A stretch of 64,000 nt of DNA from an uncultured virus (IMG/VR IMGVR_UViG_3300003321_000657) (lineage: Duplodnaviria > Heunggongvirae > Uroviricota > Caudoviricetes). The stretch lies in the IMG/VR virus record IMGVR_UViG_3300003321_000657; one strand, 5' to 3'. Position numbers and translations under genes: made by a program. Shown here in pieces: positions 9,457-18,834 of this stretch (positions within the stretch are counted from its first letter, which is position 1; each line of letters starts with the position of its first letter). Below the pieces are notes generated by a model, which was not told where the DNA came from, did no database searches, and saw only the letters and a program-made list of their open reading frames with translations.

Positions 9457-10518
9457 TCAGTTCTTCAACCACGGCTTGTTCTTGCGCGCGCCGCTGACCG
9501 TTGGATTCTGGTCGTACCCAGCCTCGTCCAGAGACTTATTGATCTTCTTCCCCAAATCGACCAAGTTGGCTGTCTGATTGGCGTCCCACGTTTTACAGAA
9601 GTAGAGCGTCAATGCTCCGGCCGGTGTGCCGTCGTCATCGTACGAATCGGCCGAAGTCTCATCCTTACCGCAGCCGGAGATGTAGCCGACATTCAAGAGG
9701 CCATTGATCAGCTCTTTTGTCGCTGCGCCGTTGATGCGCGCTTTCTTGACGGCGATCTTAACGCCATCGGGCGGCGGCGGACTTTTCGGCAGCGCCTTCG
9801 GATGCTTGTGAACGTTGCGGTCCAGATCTCCCGAATGACAACTGTCAGAGCCCCAGTTGAAGATGACGCCGGGCGGCAGCGCTTTGAAGATCTCGACGAA
9901 ATCCAAGTCGCATAGTTCGTGCGCTCGATCCCATGTGAAGTCATGGCAGCACACGAACTGATGAACCGCGCCATCGATCACATCGTCTGCGCCGTGACTG
10001 CTCTGCCAGTAAAGCAAGGTGTCATCCGCCTTGGACGCCTTCACCGCGGTATTGAGCGCATTCTTGACGTTCTCGACCGTGGCCTGTTCATCCAGCAGAA
10101 CGACGATGTTCTCGGGCTTAAAGCCCCACTTGACGATGCAGTAGTTTTTGATGCGCGCGATATCCGGCACGCAGCCATGCAGTGGCGGGCAGCTTGGATC
10201 TTTGTATTTGTTTACGCCGACCAGAACCGCGCGCTTAACAGTGTCAGTATTCTCGACCGGGAACGTCGACGGCACGTCTACATGCGGCTTTGGCGGAGGC
10301 GTGGCTGTGACATGCGTGCCGTGGTGATGCACGCGTACATAGTAGCAACTGTGTCCGTCGCAGTGCTGCTCCAGCGTGTCGTAATCGTGATCCGCGTTTG
10401 CGTCTTCGATGGTTGCCTGTGTCTGTACTGTCACAGGCTCTTCGTGATCGTTGTTACAGCCGCTCAAAAAGATCGCTAACGCGATCGCGCTTACTGCGTA
10501 TTTCAAAAACGTTTTCAT
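9457..10518 (-). CDS. Metacaspase (peptidase C14) lipoprotein
   Basis: KRAVLVGVNKY..LHGCVPD, catalytic SSHG and DSCHSG dyad, GALT motif; signal peptide with lipobox LSGC. Confidence 0.88.
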   Translation of the reverse strand: MKTFLKYAVSAIALAIFLSGCNNDHEEPVTVQTQATIEDANADHDYDTLEQHCDGHSCYYVRVHHHGTHVTATPPPKPHVDVPSTFPVENTDTVKRAVLVGVNKYKDPSCPPLHGCVPDIARIKNYCIVKWGFKPENIVVLLDEQATVENVKNALNTAVKASKADDTLLYWQSSHGADDVIDGAVHQFVCCHDFTWDRAHELCDLDFVEIFKALPPGVIFNWGSDSCHSGDLDRNVHKHPKALPKSPPPPDGVKIAVKKARINGAATKELINGLLNVGYISGCGKDETSADSYDDDGTPAGALTLYFCKTWDANQTANLVDLGKKINKSLDEAGYDQNPTVSGARKNKPWLKN

Positions 10519-12158
10519 TTTAACTTCCTCCATGCCAAGTACCCTGCGACTCCGACTACTGAGATTATCGCAAACGTTTTCAAAAAACTACTGTAATCAG
10601 TCGTGGCTCCGGGCGGTGTCGAAGGTCCATACACATCGATCGGCCTGATCGGAACACTGCCGCCGCCCCATACCGTTCCGCCCTGACTGACTGACGGCTT
10701 GAATGGCGTCAGGTCCTGCGCCGGTTGCACTGGCACACTCGGAACCACGGTTGGCTCTGCCGTGCGGCGCGCGAGCTCCTGATCGACGTATTGGAGAATC
10801 TGCATGTTGCGCTTGTACTGGCTCTCAAACAGATTCGGGTAATTGATCCAGTCCTTCTGCTGCTGCATTTGCAGGAGATTGATCTTCACTGGATTAAACG
10901 TAGCGAGGAAGCTCTGCTTGGTCGCTCCATCCGGCAGCGCGCTCAAACGCCGGTCGAGATCCTGCGCGAGATCCCACATATCCTGCATCTGCGTTTCGTG
11001 CAGATCGCCCAGACCCAGCAGCATCAAAGCGCATGGCACGCAGGCCAGTCCGTCCATTCCGTACTGAGACGGCGTGGAGAAATTCGCTTCCGAATTGATG
11101 ACGGTGGTGTCTCCGCCGCTCGGGAAGAAAGTCGAAAAGTTCGGTCCACTGGGTCCACTGCTGGCGGCTGGCTGACTCGCCGGACCGGGCATTAGCGGTC
11201 CATAATGTCCGCCCGGCAGCGTCGGCCGCGTCTGCTCGTATTCGGCCTCGCTGGGCGGCAGGTACGACGGCAGAGATGGTCCGCCCCACGTCTGCGGCAT
11301 CGGTCCGTAGTCAGAACTTGGCGGCTGACCATTTTGCAGCGACGCCGGTAATCCCGGAGCTGGAGAAGATCCTTTCTGCCAAAAGTTTGAACCAGCAGGC
11401 CACGACGGCGTCTGTGATCCGACCGCCATCTGATCTGGCGGAGCCACTTGCTGATTCCAGTGGTCGCACACCCACGGCGGACAGTTGCCGTTCTCACCGC
11501 AGCCCGCGCCTTCCTGAGAAGAGCACGGAACCTGAAAGGGTCCATTCGGTCCGACGCAGTTGCAGTATGTCGGCGCTGGACCGGACGGCGCCTCGGGACG
11601 GCGCGGCGGACGCGATGTCGGCATCGCGATTGGCCGTTTCGGACCGGCCGGGCGGCGTGGCTTCTCCAGCTTGCCGTCAAGGAAGTTCAGCAAGCGAAAC
11701 AGCGCCAGACCAACGCCGAACTTGAACTGATTGTTGATCAGGTTGCGCGTATTCGGATCAGCCAAGACTCCGCCTAAGAGTCCAGCCACGCCGTCGATCA
11801 GCTCCAGAGGATTCCCGCTGCCATGCAGGCTGGACTGAATTAGAGCGTTGGCTCCCTGTTTTGGCTGGCCGATCATAGACGCGAGATCAGCGGCCGACTG
11901 CGGCGCGTCTCCGGGCGACTGGAATTCCGAAGGCGTCTGTCCCAACTGGATCGTACGGCGCATCAGCAGTTCTTTACTGCGGATATCATGCGGCGTCAGA
12001 CCTAGCGTCTTCAGGTCCTGCGGATCGGTGCCGACTGAACGCAGATAATTCATAGCGCGAGTCGCCTGCTTGGCGTACTGCGACACCATCGCCAGCAAGC
12101 GGCGCTTGATGCGGACCTGCACCCCTGATGCTTTTGGTCCAGACAGGAATCCGATCAC
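10515..12158 (-). CDS. Pro/Gly-rich putative virion protein with C-terminal TM (547 aa)
   Basis: MDGLAC and LLGLGD motifs; ends with TM + RKLK. Confidence 0.65.
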   Translation of the reverse strand: MIGFLSGPKASGVQVRIKRRLLAMVSQYAKQATRAMNYLRSVGTDPQDLKTLGLTPHDIRSKELLMRRTIQLGQTPSEFQSPGDAPQSAADLASMIGQPKQGANALIQSSLHGSGNPLELIDGVAGLLGGVLADPNTRNLINNQFKFGVGLALFRLLNFLDGKLEKPRRPAGPKRPIAMPTSRPPRRPEAPSGPAPTYCNCVGPNGPFQVPCSSQEGAGCGENGNCPPWVCDHWNQQVAPPDQMAVGSQTPSWPAGSNFWQKGSSPAPGLPASLQNGQPPSSDYGPMPQTWGGPSLPSYLPPSEAEYEQTRPTLPGGHYGPLMPGPASQPAASSGPSGPNFSTFFPSGGDTTVINSEANFSTPSQYGMDGLACVPCALMLLGLGDLHETQMQDMWDLAQDLDRRLSALPDGATKQSFLATFNPVKINLLQMQQQKDWINYPNLFESQYKRNMQILQYVDQELARRTAEPTVVPSVPVQPAQDLTPFKPSVSQGGTVWGGGSVPIRPIDVYGPSTPPGATTDYSSFLKTFAIISVVGVAGYLAWRKLK

Positions 12159-12430
12159 TTGCGCCCCCGTTTCTTACGCCGCGGATTCATCCGCACTCCG
12201 CGCCGATGCGCCAGCTCCACCTGCAACTTATGGGTCTTGGCGTAGAGACTGAGCATGCCGATGGCGGCAAAGGTGGACAGCGCCTGCAAGACCAAGGTGG
12301 CCGTGGCGTAGGTCTGCGCAATGTCGGCAGCCTCGGACACTTTGTCAGCAATATTCTGAGCGCCAGAGTTCAGCGCTCCGCCGCTGATCTTCGAGAGCGT
12401 GTCGAGCACGCTACCCATGCCAGTTCTCAT
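12155..12430 (-). CDS. Small membrane protein with basic tail
   Basis: MRTGMG start, TM, RMNPRRKK tail. Confidence 0.6.
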   Translation of the reverse strand: MRTGMGSVLDTLSKISGGALNSGAQNIADKVSEAADIAQTYATATLVLQALSTFAAIGMLSLYAKTHKLQVELAHRRGVRMNPRRKKRGRK

Positions 12431-12789
12431 GACCGCCCCTTCATGCCCGAAAGCAAAAACGCCACTGAAACAATCGCCGCCACGCCGCCGATCGCGAACA
12501 GCGCATACGTGGTCGTATTGCGCTGGTTCTGAGCCGCGGCAACCTGCGCCTTAGCCTGATCCAAGGCGAAGCTGTGCGCGGCTTCCGACTGCTCCATACG
12601 CGCCTTGGCCAGCTCGGCCGCGATCTGTTTCCTCTGGATGTCGCGCTGCTTTCCGGCGTTGATCATTCCGAAAATGCCAGTGGCTAGATCCGTGATGCCC
12701 CACGGATCTCCCATGCCGCTGACTCTGCGCGTATCAGCGACGCCGTACAGCAATGGCATCGGCGGAGCTGAGTAGGTTGGCATCAACAT
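12427..12789 (-). CDS. Putative virion membrane protein
   Basis: VSGMGD motif, coiled-coil, C-terminal TM. Confidence 0.6.
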   Translation of the reverse strand: MLMPTYSAPPMPLLYGVADTRRVSGMGDPWGITDLATGIFGMINAGKQRDIQRKQIAAELAKARMEQSEAAHSFALDQAKAQVAAAQNQRNTTTYALFAIGGVAAIVSVAFLLSGMKGRS

Positions 12790-12792
12790 GGT

Positions 12793-13188
12793 TCAGCCCT
12801 TCTTCTTGAGGTACATGAACAAAGCCACCGACGCCGCGATCGCCAGTGCGCTGCCAGCCACGACGCCAAACACAGTGGACTGTCTGACCGGAGACGGCAG
12901 CGGCAGCGACACTTGATCCTGCTTGATCGGCGGCTTGATCGTTTTCACTACTCCAAGCCCGCTCATATTCCCGTAATTGATCGGGTAGCGATCGTACTGC
13001 TGCGGGAAGCGGCTCAGGACTCCGCGCACAACCGTGCCCTGCGACACGGTCTCTCGCGGCACAGGCTGCCCCGGATTCCCGTAGAACTGCACGACCGGAA
13101 ACTGCTGTACCAGATGCAATGGCACAGAGTACCCGGGATTGCCGCACGCCTTTGGCGGCTGATCTGAAACGACCGGTGGAGCTGGCAT
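12793..13188 (-). CDS. Putative virion membrane protein
   Basis: MSGLG motif, C-terminal TM + KKKG. Confidence 0.6.
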   Translation of the reverse strand: MPAPPVVSDQPPKACGNPGYSVPLHLVQQFPVVQFYGNPGQPVPRETVSQGTVVRGVLSRFPQQYDRYPINYGNMSGLGVVKTIKPPIKQDQVSLPLPSPVRQSTVFGVVAGSALAIAASVALFMYLKKKG

Positions 13189-13832
13189 CAGTTATTGCTC
13201 CCTTCTGCCGGAGGCGCACTTGGAGTCGAGACTGTAACAGGCACTGGAACCGGCACAGGGACTTGCTGCGGCTGGCCGACCAAAGCATTGATCAAGTGCG
13301 GAGCCGCCGCGGCCGCAATGGTCGTCAATGGATTTGGCGCCGGAGCCGTGGCCGCATTCGTCTGATTGATCTGTAAGTTCAGATGCAGCTTCGAGAACAC
13401 GGCCTGTGCGACCCATGCGCAGAATTCTTTGCCGTCTTCGGCCGCGCCATTGTCGAGATAGTCATGCCAGCCGCCCTGCGCCTGATCGCGGATCTTGGCC
13501 CACATCTTGTCGCCGTACTTCCGCCAATCGACCTTGGTCAGGTCACCATTTTTCAGCGCGTCCTGTACGTCCTCTTCGACTTCATGGAAGACGACGTGAG
13601 CAGCGTTCTCGGCCATGGTCCACAAGGCGTCGTCAGCGTGATACTGCTTCAGGAAGCTGCCGAGCTTGGTGTTCTCTTCAGCCTCGCGCAGTTTCTGAAA
13701 TTCCTTGTGGATAAAGTCAGCGACAACGCTGCCGTTGAGCCACGTGCCCAGCCACTTCAAAAGTTGCAGACCTACAACCGAGACCGCAAACACGGCCACG
13801 TTATGCCACGTCAGCCAATCAGGAATTTGCAT
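13188..13832 (-). CDS. N-terminal TM protein (holin-like)
   Basis: Single N-terminal TM followed by a helical soluble domain; lies near the spanin-like genes. Confidence 0.4.
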   Translation of the reverse strand: MQIPDWLTWHNVAVFAVSVVGLQLLKWLGTWLNGSVVADFIHKEFQKLREAEENTKLGSFLKQYHADDALWTMAENAAHVVFHEVEEDVQDALKNGDLTKVDWRKYGDKMWAKIRDQAQGGWHDYLDNGAAEDGKEFCAWVAQAVFSKLHLNLQINQTNAATAPAPNPLTTIAAAAAPHLINALVGQPQQVPVPVPVPVTVSTPSAPPAEGSNN

Positions 13833-13844
13833 AGCTTCTCTCCT

Positions 13845-14258
13845 TTACCAATGTCCCAGCGGACAGTGCTGGGTCGAGCCTTGCCACTTGGTCAACAGAT
13901 CACATCCGCAGCCGTCCTTACTCTCGTCGCGCTTGATCTGCTGAAGCCATGGCTTGCCGCAGGTCGGCGCCAGTCCATCGCGAAACATGCGATGGCCCTC
14001 TGAGTCGCGCGCCTGACAGCCCATGCAGATCCTCTTTCTCCGTTCGTACTCTTTCGTGTCGACCTTCGGCGTCAGCGCGAACTCCAGCAGATTGAGGCCG
14101 GTATCCTTGATCGCCTTCAAGGTCTCCATCACTCCCGGCCGCGAAGTCTGAGGCGCGTCCGGACAGCATTTCGCCGGAGTCGCCACCGGCTCTAGTTTCA
14201 CTTCTCCGCGCGCCTGCGATTCAGCCTGCGCGTTTTTTAATCCATCCAGCAGACTCAT
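13845..14258 (-). CDS. Cys-rich zinc-binding-like protein (CPLGxW type)
   Basis: RRKRICMGC...CG...GCGC...CPLGHW. Confidence 0.6.
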   Translation of the reverse strand: MSLLDGLKNAQAESQARGEVKLEPVATPAKCCPDAPQTSRPGVMETLKAIKDTGLNLLEFALTPKVDTKEYERRKRICMGCQARDSEGHRMFRDGLAPTCGKPWLQQIKRDESKDGCGCDLLTKWQGSTQHCPLGHW

Positions 14259-14695
14259 TTCGTTTCTTCCAAAAGCGGCTTCATGTGCTCCTGCGCCAGC
14301 TTCACTGCTGCGTCGTAACTGATCCGGCCCTTGCGTACTGCGTTATGCAGATGATCTGAGACGCGCTTGAGCTGCTCTTTATCGTTCTGAGCGAGAGTGC
14401 AGGCGCGCTTGAAGATCTCTACCTTCACCTCTTCCGTGTTCTGCTCATGGAATCCGAGGTAGATGTAATTACAGTGCGCCATCAGCGCATCAAAGCTGAT
14501 CTGGCCAATGAATTCCTTATTGACCTCGCCATCCAATTTGCATTTCGCGCACACAAACGCGTTCACCGCATGCCGGAAGCCGATGCATTTAGAGGCCAGC
14601 ATGCAGATGGCATTATGCGTGCCTTCAAACGTGTGGCGGTGCTCACACGGTTGAATGTGATCGATCACAAAAGCGGGAAGATCTTCTGGCTTCAT
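14255..14695 (-). CDS. Hypothetical protein with Cys cluster
   Basis: Start MKPEDLP with GGAG SD; PCEH..C..C..CAKC. Confidence 0.55.
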   Translation of the reverse strand: MKPEDLPAFVIDHIQPCEHRHTFEGTHNAICMLASKCIGFRHAVNAFVCAKCKLDGEVNKEFIGQISFDALMAHCNYIYLGFHEQNTEEVKVEIFKRACTLAQNDKEQLKRVSDHLHNAVRKGRISYDAAVKLAQEHMKPLLEETK

Positions 14696-14705
14696 CTTCA
14701 CTCCA

Positions 14706-15071
14706 TCAGCAGGTACACGGCGTATTCGGACAGCCGGTTGAGTCTCCAGATCCAGTAAACGTCGCGCCTCCGCCTGCGATACAGTTTCCGACCTGACAAT
14801 GACAATTCGGACTGCTGAGCGCAATGCTGATCGTACACGTTCCGGAAGCGGCATTGTCGCAGTTGACCGTCTGAGTCGTGGTCGTTTGCAGCGTACAATT
14901 TCCGGGACAGATTGAAGGATCACAGTAGATGTATGGCGGACACCCGCCTGTGCAGTCCTCGGAAACATTGACATTGTTACAGCAGCAGTTGCCGCCGCAT
15001 GGAATGCCTGACGTTGCCACACAGCAACAGCAGCAACCTCCCGTACAGCAGGCACACGCAACCGATGGCAC
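14706..15071 (-). CDS. Extremely Cys-rich protein (121 aa, 25 Cys)
   Basis: GTG start after GGAG; ACACCTGGCCCCCV...; Cys counted by hand. Confidence 0.6.
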   Translation of the reverse strand: MPSVACACCTGGCCCCCVATSGIPCGGNCCCNNVNVSEDCTGGCPPYIYCDPSICPGNCTLQTTTTQTVNCDNAASGTCTISIALSSPNCHCQVGNCIAGGGATFTGSGDSTGCPNTPCTC

Positions 15072-15088
15072 GATCCACGCACTCCAAA

Positions 15089-15475
15089 TCAGGCACACGA
15101 CGAGCAGGACGTAATGACCCCATTGGTGATGGTCATGGTCATGGTCTGGTACGAAATATTTCCACCAGAACACGAGATGGTTCCGCACACGATCGTAAAT
15201 GTTCCGTTGCAGTAACCGGAGTTCATCTGACCACTGCCGATCGTGTTGTTGGCGATCTGCGCGTTCGTGATCGTATTGTTCTGGATCTGCGAAGCCGTGA
15301 TCGTGTTGTTGGCGATCTGCGTATTCGTGATCGTCTGATTGGCGATCTGCGCGGCCTGAATCGTCTGATTGGCGATGTTGTAGTTCGTGATCGTCTGCTG
15401 GGCAATATTGCCCCCGTTGCCTCCGGTGATGGACCCCACGGATGCTTGGATAGTCGCAGGCGGTTTGCAAATCAT
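15089..15475 (-). CDS. Short fiber-like protein with 10-aa repeats
   Basis: Six IA(N/Q)xTIxxxQ-type repeats; MICKPPA N-terminus shared with 889..1950. Confidence 0.65.
   Translation of the reverse strand: MICKPPATIQASVGSITGGNGGNIAQQTITNYNIANQTIQAAQIANQTITNTQIANNTITASQIQNNTITNAQIANNTIGSGQMNSGYCNGTFTIVCGTISCSGGNISYQTMTMTITNGVITSCSSCA
15230..15410. repeat. 30-bp tandem repeat (about 6 copies) coding the 10-aa repeats
   Basis: Recurring gtgatcgt...ttggcgatctgcg units. Confidence 0.8.
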
Positions 15476-15496
15476 GGTTCATTGCCAGTCCTGAAC

Positions 15497-15817
15497 TTAC
15501 TTCTGGTCTGAGATCTGATTCGAGTACTTCGCAAATCCGTTGTAATCCGCGATCGCCACGCGCTCGGCTTCCGCGTACTCCATCAACTTCCGATTGTTCT
15601 CTTCAAGCTTGACCCTGATCGTCTCCGGCAATTTCGCGTACTCAGCCAGTTCTTCTGTGGTCATTTTCTCCAGCGTCGGCTTGTCTGGCGCAGCGATCGT
15701 CGGCACGTGCGTACGCGTTGTCACCGTGTCCGAGCTGAGCAGGTTCTGCGGCTTCGTGCAGCCGCTCAGCCACACTAAGCATACCAGAGCCGCACATATT
15801 TTTGAAAACGTTCTCAT
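15497..15817 (-). CDS. Lipoprotein, o-spanin (Rz1)-like
   Basis: Lipobox WLSGC, Pro-containing linker and helical tail; directly follows an i-spanin-like gene. Confidence 0.6.
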   Translation of the reverse strand: MRTFSKICAALVCLVWLSGCTKPQNLLSSDTVTTRTHVPTIAAPDKPTLEKMTTEELAEYAKLPETIRVKLEENNRKLMEYAEAERVAIADYNGFAKYSNQISDQK

Positions 15818-16089
15818 TATTTCACCGCCTTATTCCACTGGTCTGTCCGGAACGGATCTCCTGCCGGAGAGGGCTTGCTGTAATCCACCTGCACCTGCGC
15901 CTGATGCTGCGCGATCGCAATCTCGGTCTGGGCCGATTCCTGCACCGACTGCTCATGAGCCTGAGCCGCTTCGACCTTGTGCTGCGCATCATCCTGAATC
16001 TTTTGCAGGACCGTATTGAACAGTCCGCTCAAGAAGATCTTCAGGAGCGATGTTCCTAGCGATGTCAATAGTCCGACTAAAAAGCTCAC
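15817..16089 (-). CDS. i-spanin (Rz)-like protein
   Basis: GTG start; N-terminal hydrophobic helix + coiled-coil, upstream of the lipoprotein. Confidence 0.5.
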   Translation of the reverse strand: MSFLVGLLTSLGTSLLKIFLSGLFNTVLQKIQDDAQHKVEAAQAHEQSVQESAQTEIAIAQHQAQVQVDYSKPSPAGDPFRTDQWNKAVK

Positions 16090-16700
16090 GCCATTCTCCC
16101 GGTCTTCTGGTACGCCTTGATCTTCGCCGCAGCCTGCGTGAAGTTCACGGTCACGGTCTTGCCGCGTGCGTTTGTGTACGTGAAGAAGCAGTTGTGGTAC
16201 TGACTCTGCCCGGGCGCTGCCGCTGAAATGCAGTTGGCCTGCAAGAGCCCGGCCTGCACTCCGTACTTCACGTACGAATCCTTCAAAGCCTCCGCGCTGC
16301 TCATCGCCGTGGTTGAGCTTCCTGTGGGGAGGAGAGAAGACCACGGCGACAGCAGCGACGGAGTCTGTGGAAAGCTGGGGTATGTCGGGTATCCGTATGT
16401 CGGATAGCCGCCAATCGGCGGCTGATACTGCTGGTAGTACCACGCATTGCCGCCGCCCGGGTAGTACGGATACGGCGACTGTTGTTGGCCGAAATTATAG
16501 AATGGAGCGCCCGGCGTGAAAGGCACGACGATGTCCTGCGGGACCTCGCTGGGCATGTCGACGCTTGGATCGCCGCCAAAGATCGCGTCGAAGTCGTCGG
16601 CAAGTCCAGACAGCATGCCGCCGTTGGTCAGCTTGTTTTTCAGGAAAGCGACCGCGGCAAACACTGCCACCTGTTTGAGTGCTTCTTTAGCAAAACTCAT
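16086..16700 (-). CDS. Tyr/Pro/Gly/Gln-rich putative virion protein
   Basis: N-terminal hydrophobic segment, LSGLADDF motif, low-complexity middle. Confidence 0.65.
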   Translation of the reverse strand: MSFAKEALKQVAVFAAVAFLKNKLTNGGMLSGLADDFDAIFGGDPSVDMPSEVPQDIVVPFTPGAPFYNFGQQQSPYPYYPGGGNAWYYQQYQPPIGGYPTYGYPTYPSFPQTPSLLSPWSSLLPTGSSTTAMSSAEALKDSYVKYGVQAGLLQANCISAAAPGQSQYHNCFFTYTNARGKTVTVNFTQAAAKIKAYQKTGRMA

Positions 16701-16861
16701 CTCGACCTCCGCACGACTCTCCGTGTGGTGACGCGCTTGGCCGCAGGCTTAGCCTTCGGCTTTGGTCTCGGCCGAACGTGGCGGATCAGCGGCGCATGTG
16801 CAATGCGATGCGCCGTGACCTGCAAGCGATAGAGCGGCCTCAGTCCGACAGTCAGGTCCAT
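16697..16861 (-). CDS. Small basic protein (54 aa)
   Basis: Manual ORF with AGGAGG SD: MDLTVGLRP...RRVVRRSR. Confidence 0.5.
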   Translation of the reverse strand: MDLTVGLRPLYRLQVTAHRIAHAPLIRHVRPRPKPKAKPAAKRVTTRRVVRRSR

Positions 16862-16870
16862 AATTCCTCC

Positions 16871-17254
16871 TTAGCGACGGCCGCGCAGACCCTGAATGCC
16901 GCCACTGGGCGTCACGATCTTCGGAATGTACTGGCCGTAGTAGCTCTGTCCGCCAAAGGGATTGTACTGGTATCCGGGCGCTGGCGGCATCATGGGCGGA
17001 TACGACATTGCAGGAGTGGGGTAGTTCCAGAGCTGGAAGTATGACCCCGGAAATTGAGCGCCCGCATACGGCTGTCCGTACGGAGGAATGCCGTAGTACG
17101 GGCTCGTGTAGGTGTACGGCACCTCCACATCGCTTGGAATGAAGTCGTCGGCGAGGCCCTTCAACCCGGCCAGCGGATTCTCTCCCTTGAGCAGCTTGTA
17201 TCCCACGTACGCAGCGCCAACCAAGGCGGCAGTCTTGATCCACTTCTTGTTCAT
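16871..17254 (-). CDS. Tyr/Pro/Gly-rich membrane protein
   Basis: MNKKW + TM, LKGLADDF motif. Confidence 0.65.
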   Translation of the reverse strand: MNKKWIKTAALVGAAYVGYKLLKGENPLAGLKGLADDFIPSDVEVPYTYTSPYYGIPPYGQPYAGAQFPGSYFQLWNYPTPAMSYPPMMPPAPGYQYNPFGGQSYYGQYIPKIVTPSGGIQGLRGRR

Positions 17255-17267
17255 GTTCACTTCCTCC

Positions 17268-17912
17268 TTAGCTGACAGCTCCAGCGAAATCACCGGATGT
17301 GGCCGGGAAAGCAATGGCGTGCACAGTGGCCGTCTGACCTCCGCTGCACTTGAGTCCCACCTTCTGGAAAATACACAGCTCCAGTGACAGCGCTTCCTGC
17401 GCCTGTAACTCCCACGACAGATCTGACGTGGAGGCGACGACCTGCGCGCCGTCCACGTCGAAAGCCATCCACGCAGAGTTCGATCCCTTATTGCGGATCA
17501 AGAGGCGCGTCATCGTGCCGTGCGCCGACCAGTCCAGTTGCTGGCCGCTCGATGTTACGGAGGCGGCGCGCAGCAAGGGTTCGCGCGGCTCGCGCTGATT
17601 CATCAGCTCCTTCAAAATGTCTTTGAGATCCGCAGGCGGCTCTGGATCGATCTTGATCGGAGCGTCGGTGATCCCGAACGGCTGGACGAATCCGCGCGCT
17701 TCCTGCTGCTGATCCATCAGCCAGTTCTGATAGTCCGCCAGACTGCCCATACCATGCGGCTTCTGCTTGATCAGTCCCATGAAGACGTTGAATTGCAGCG
17801 TGGTCATATCAACCACGGCCAGATTCGCGCCAAGCGACGACACGCCTTGCGGATCGCCGACCACGTTCTGGAAGAACTGCAACTGATCTGACGTCATTCG
17901 TACTCGTGGCAT
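17268..17912 (-). CDS. Putative vertex/penton-associated protein (C-terminal beta-sandwich)
   Basis: The C-terminal ~100 aa has alternating beta strands (RLLIRNKGSNSAWMAFD); lies downstream of the capsid-like genes. Confidence 0.4.
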   Translation of the reverse strand: MPRVRMTSDQLQFFQNVVGDPQGVSSLGANLAVVDMTTLQFNVFMGLIKQKPHGMGSLADYQNWLMDQQQEARGFVQPFGITDAPIKIDPEPPADLKDILKELMNQREPREPLLRAASVTSSGQQLDWSAHGTMTRLLIRNKGSNSAWMAFDVDGAQVVASTSDLSWELQAQEALSLELCIFQKVGLKCSGGQTATVHAIAFPATSGDFAGAVS

Positions 17913-17914
17913 CT

Positions 17915-18829
17915 TTAGCTCCACTGACGCGGCGACACGCGCGTTCCACAGAAGACCATGAAGACAGTGTTTGAGGCCACACTGGTGTCGGCCAAGCTCA
18001 ATTGCAGCGTCTGACCGCCGAAGATCATCCACGGCTCGCTGAGTCTGTACGGATGCTGATTATTCCCAGCGCCCAAGAGATGCGGGATCATGTAGCTGGT
18101 GTTGGATGGCGCATTGACCAGCGACTCTCCAGACTCGGCATTGGTCAGGTTGAAGCTGAAATTGCCGGTCGACACGAACGAGATCTGATGCAGTTCGAAG
18201 TTCAGATCCTGCGGAATCTGAATGATGACGCTGGTGTTTTGCAGCGCAGTCAAGGCGATCGACTGCTGATCCAGAGTCAGGAAATACAGCATCGACAGAT
18301 ATTCTTTGTTCGACAGCCGCTGTTTAATGCGCTGCAAGCTCGGATCTTCGCGCAGCGCGCCATACTTGGCGCAAGAGAAAGCCGCGCGCGCATTGTTGGA
18401 ACCGGCGCTGAGATCCGTGTAAGCGATCGACAAAGCGCGCGTCTCGTCGATATACAGCGCTTCCGGCAGCGGGTACATGTTTCCGCCAGCGCCAAAGATG
18501 GCGTCGATGTGACAGGGCGCGTTCATCAACGCGCGCGGGCTGGCTCCGTCCATGATGAACATTTTGACCGTGCACACGGCCGAACGCTGAACGCCCAGTT
18601 CACTGATCTGCATCGGACCCTGCGCGCTGACGCGCATAGGCGTGGTCGCAGACGTAGACGACGCGCTCATCGTCACTTGATTGTTGGGCGCGTTGGTCTG
18701 CAACATGAACGGCGTTTCCAGCAGCCGTTTTTTATTGACAGCCAGAACAACTCCGTCCTTGCGTGTGATCAAGGTCGGCATGCGTCCCAGACGCGGAGGT
18801 GCTTTCAGTAATGAACTTGGCATCGCCAT
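17915..18829 (-). CDS. Tandem jelly-roll-like capsid protein paralog C
   Basis: Two internal repeats of LxNAP...G...YxLxEx...LxxxxxDxS...N...FxG. Confidence 0.55.
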   Translation of the reverse strand: MAMPSSLLKAPPRLGRMPTLITRKDGVVLAVNKKRLLETPFMLQTNAPNNQVTMSASSTSATTPMRVSAQGPMQISELGVQRSAVCTVKMFIMDGASPRALMNAPCHIDAIFGAGGNMYPLPEALYIDETRALSIAYTDLSAGSNNARAAFSCAKYGALREDPSLQRIKQRLSNKEYLSMLYFLTLDQQSIALTALQNTSVIIQIPQDLNFELHQISFVSTGNFSFNLTNAESGESLVNAPSNTSYMIPHLLGAGNNQHPYRLSEPWMIFGGQTLQLSLADTSVASNTVFMVFCGTRVSPRQWS

Positions 18830-18834
18830 TCCTC

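Noticed and set aside
15230..15410. 30-bp repeats as a CRISPR array
   Set aside because: They are contiguous in-frame coding repeats with no unique spacers, and no cas genes were seen.
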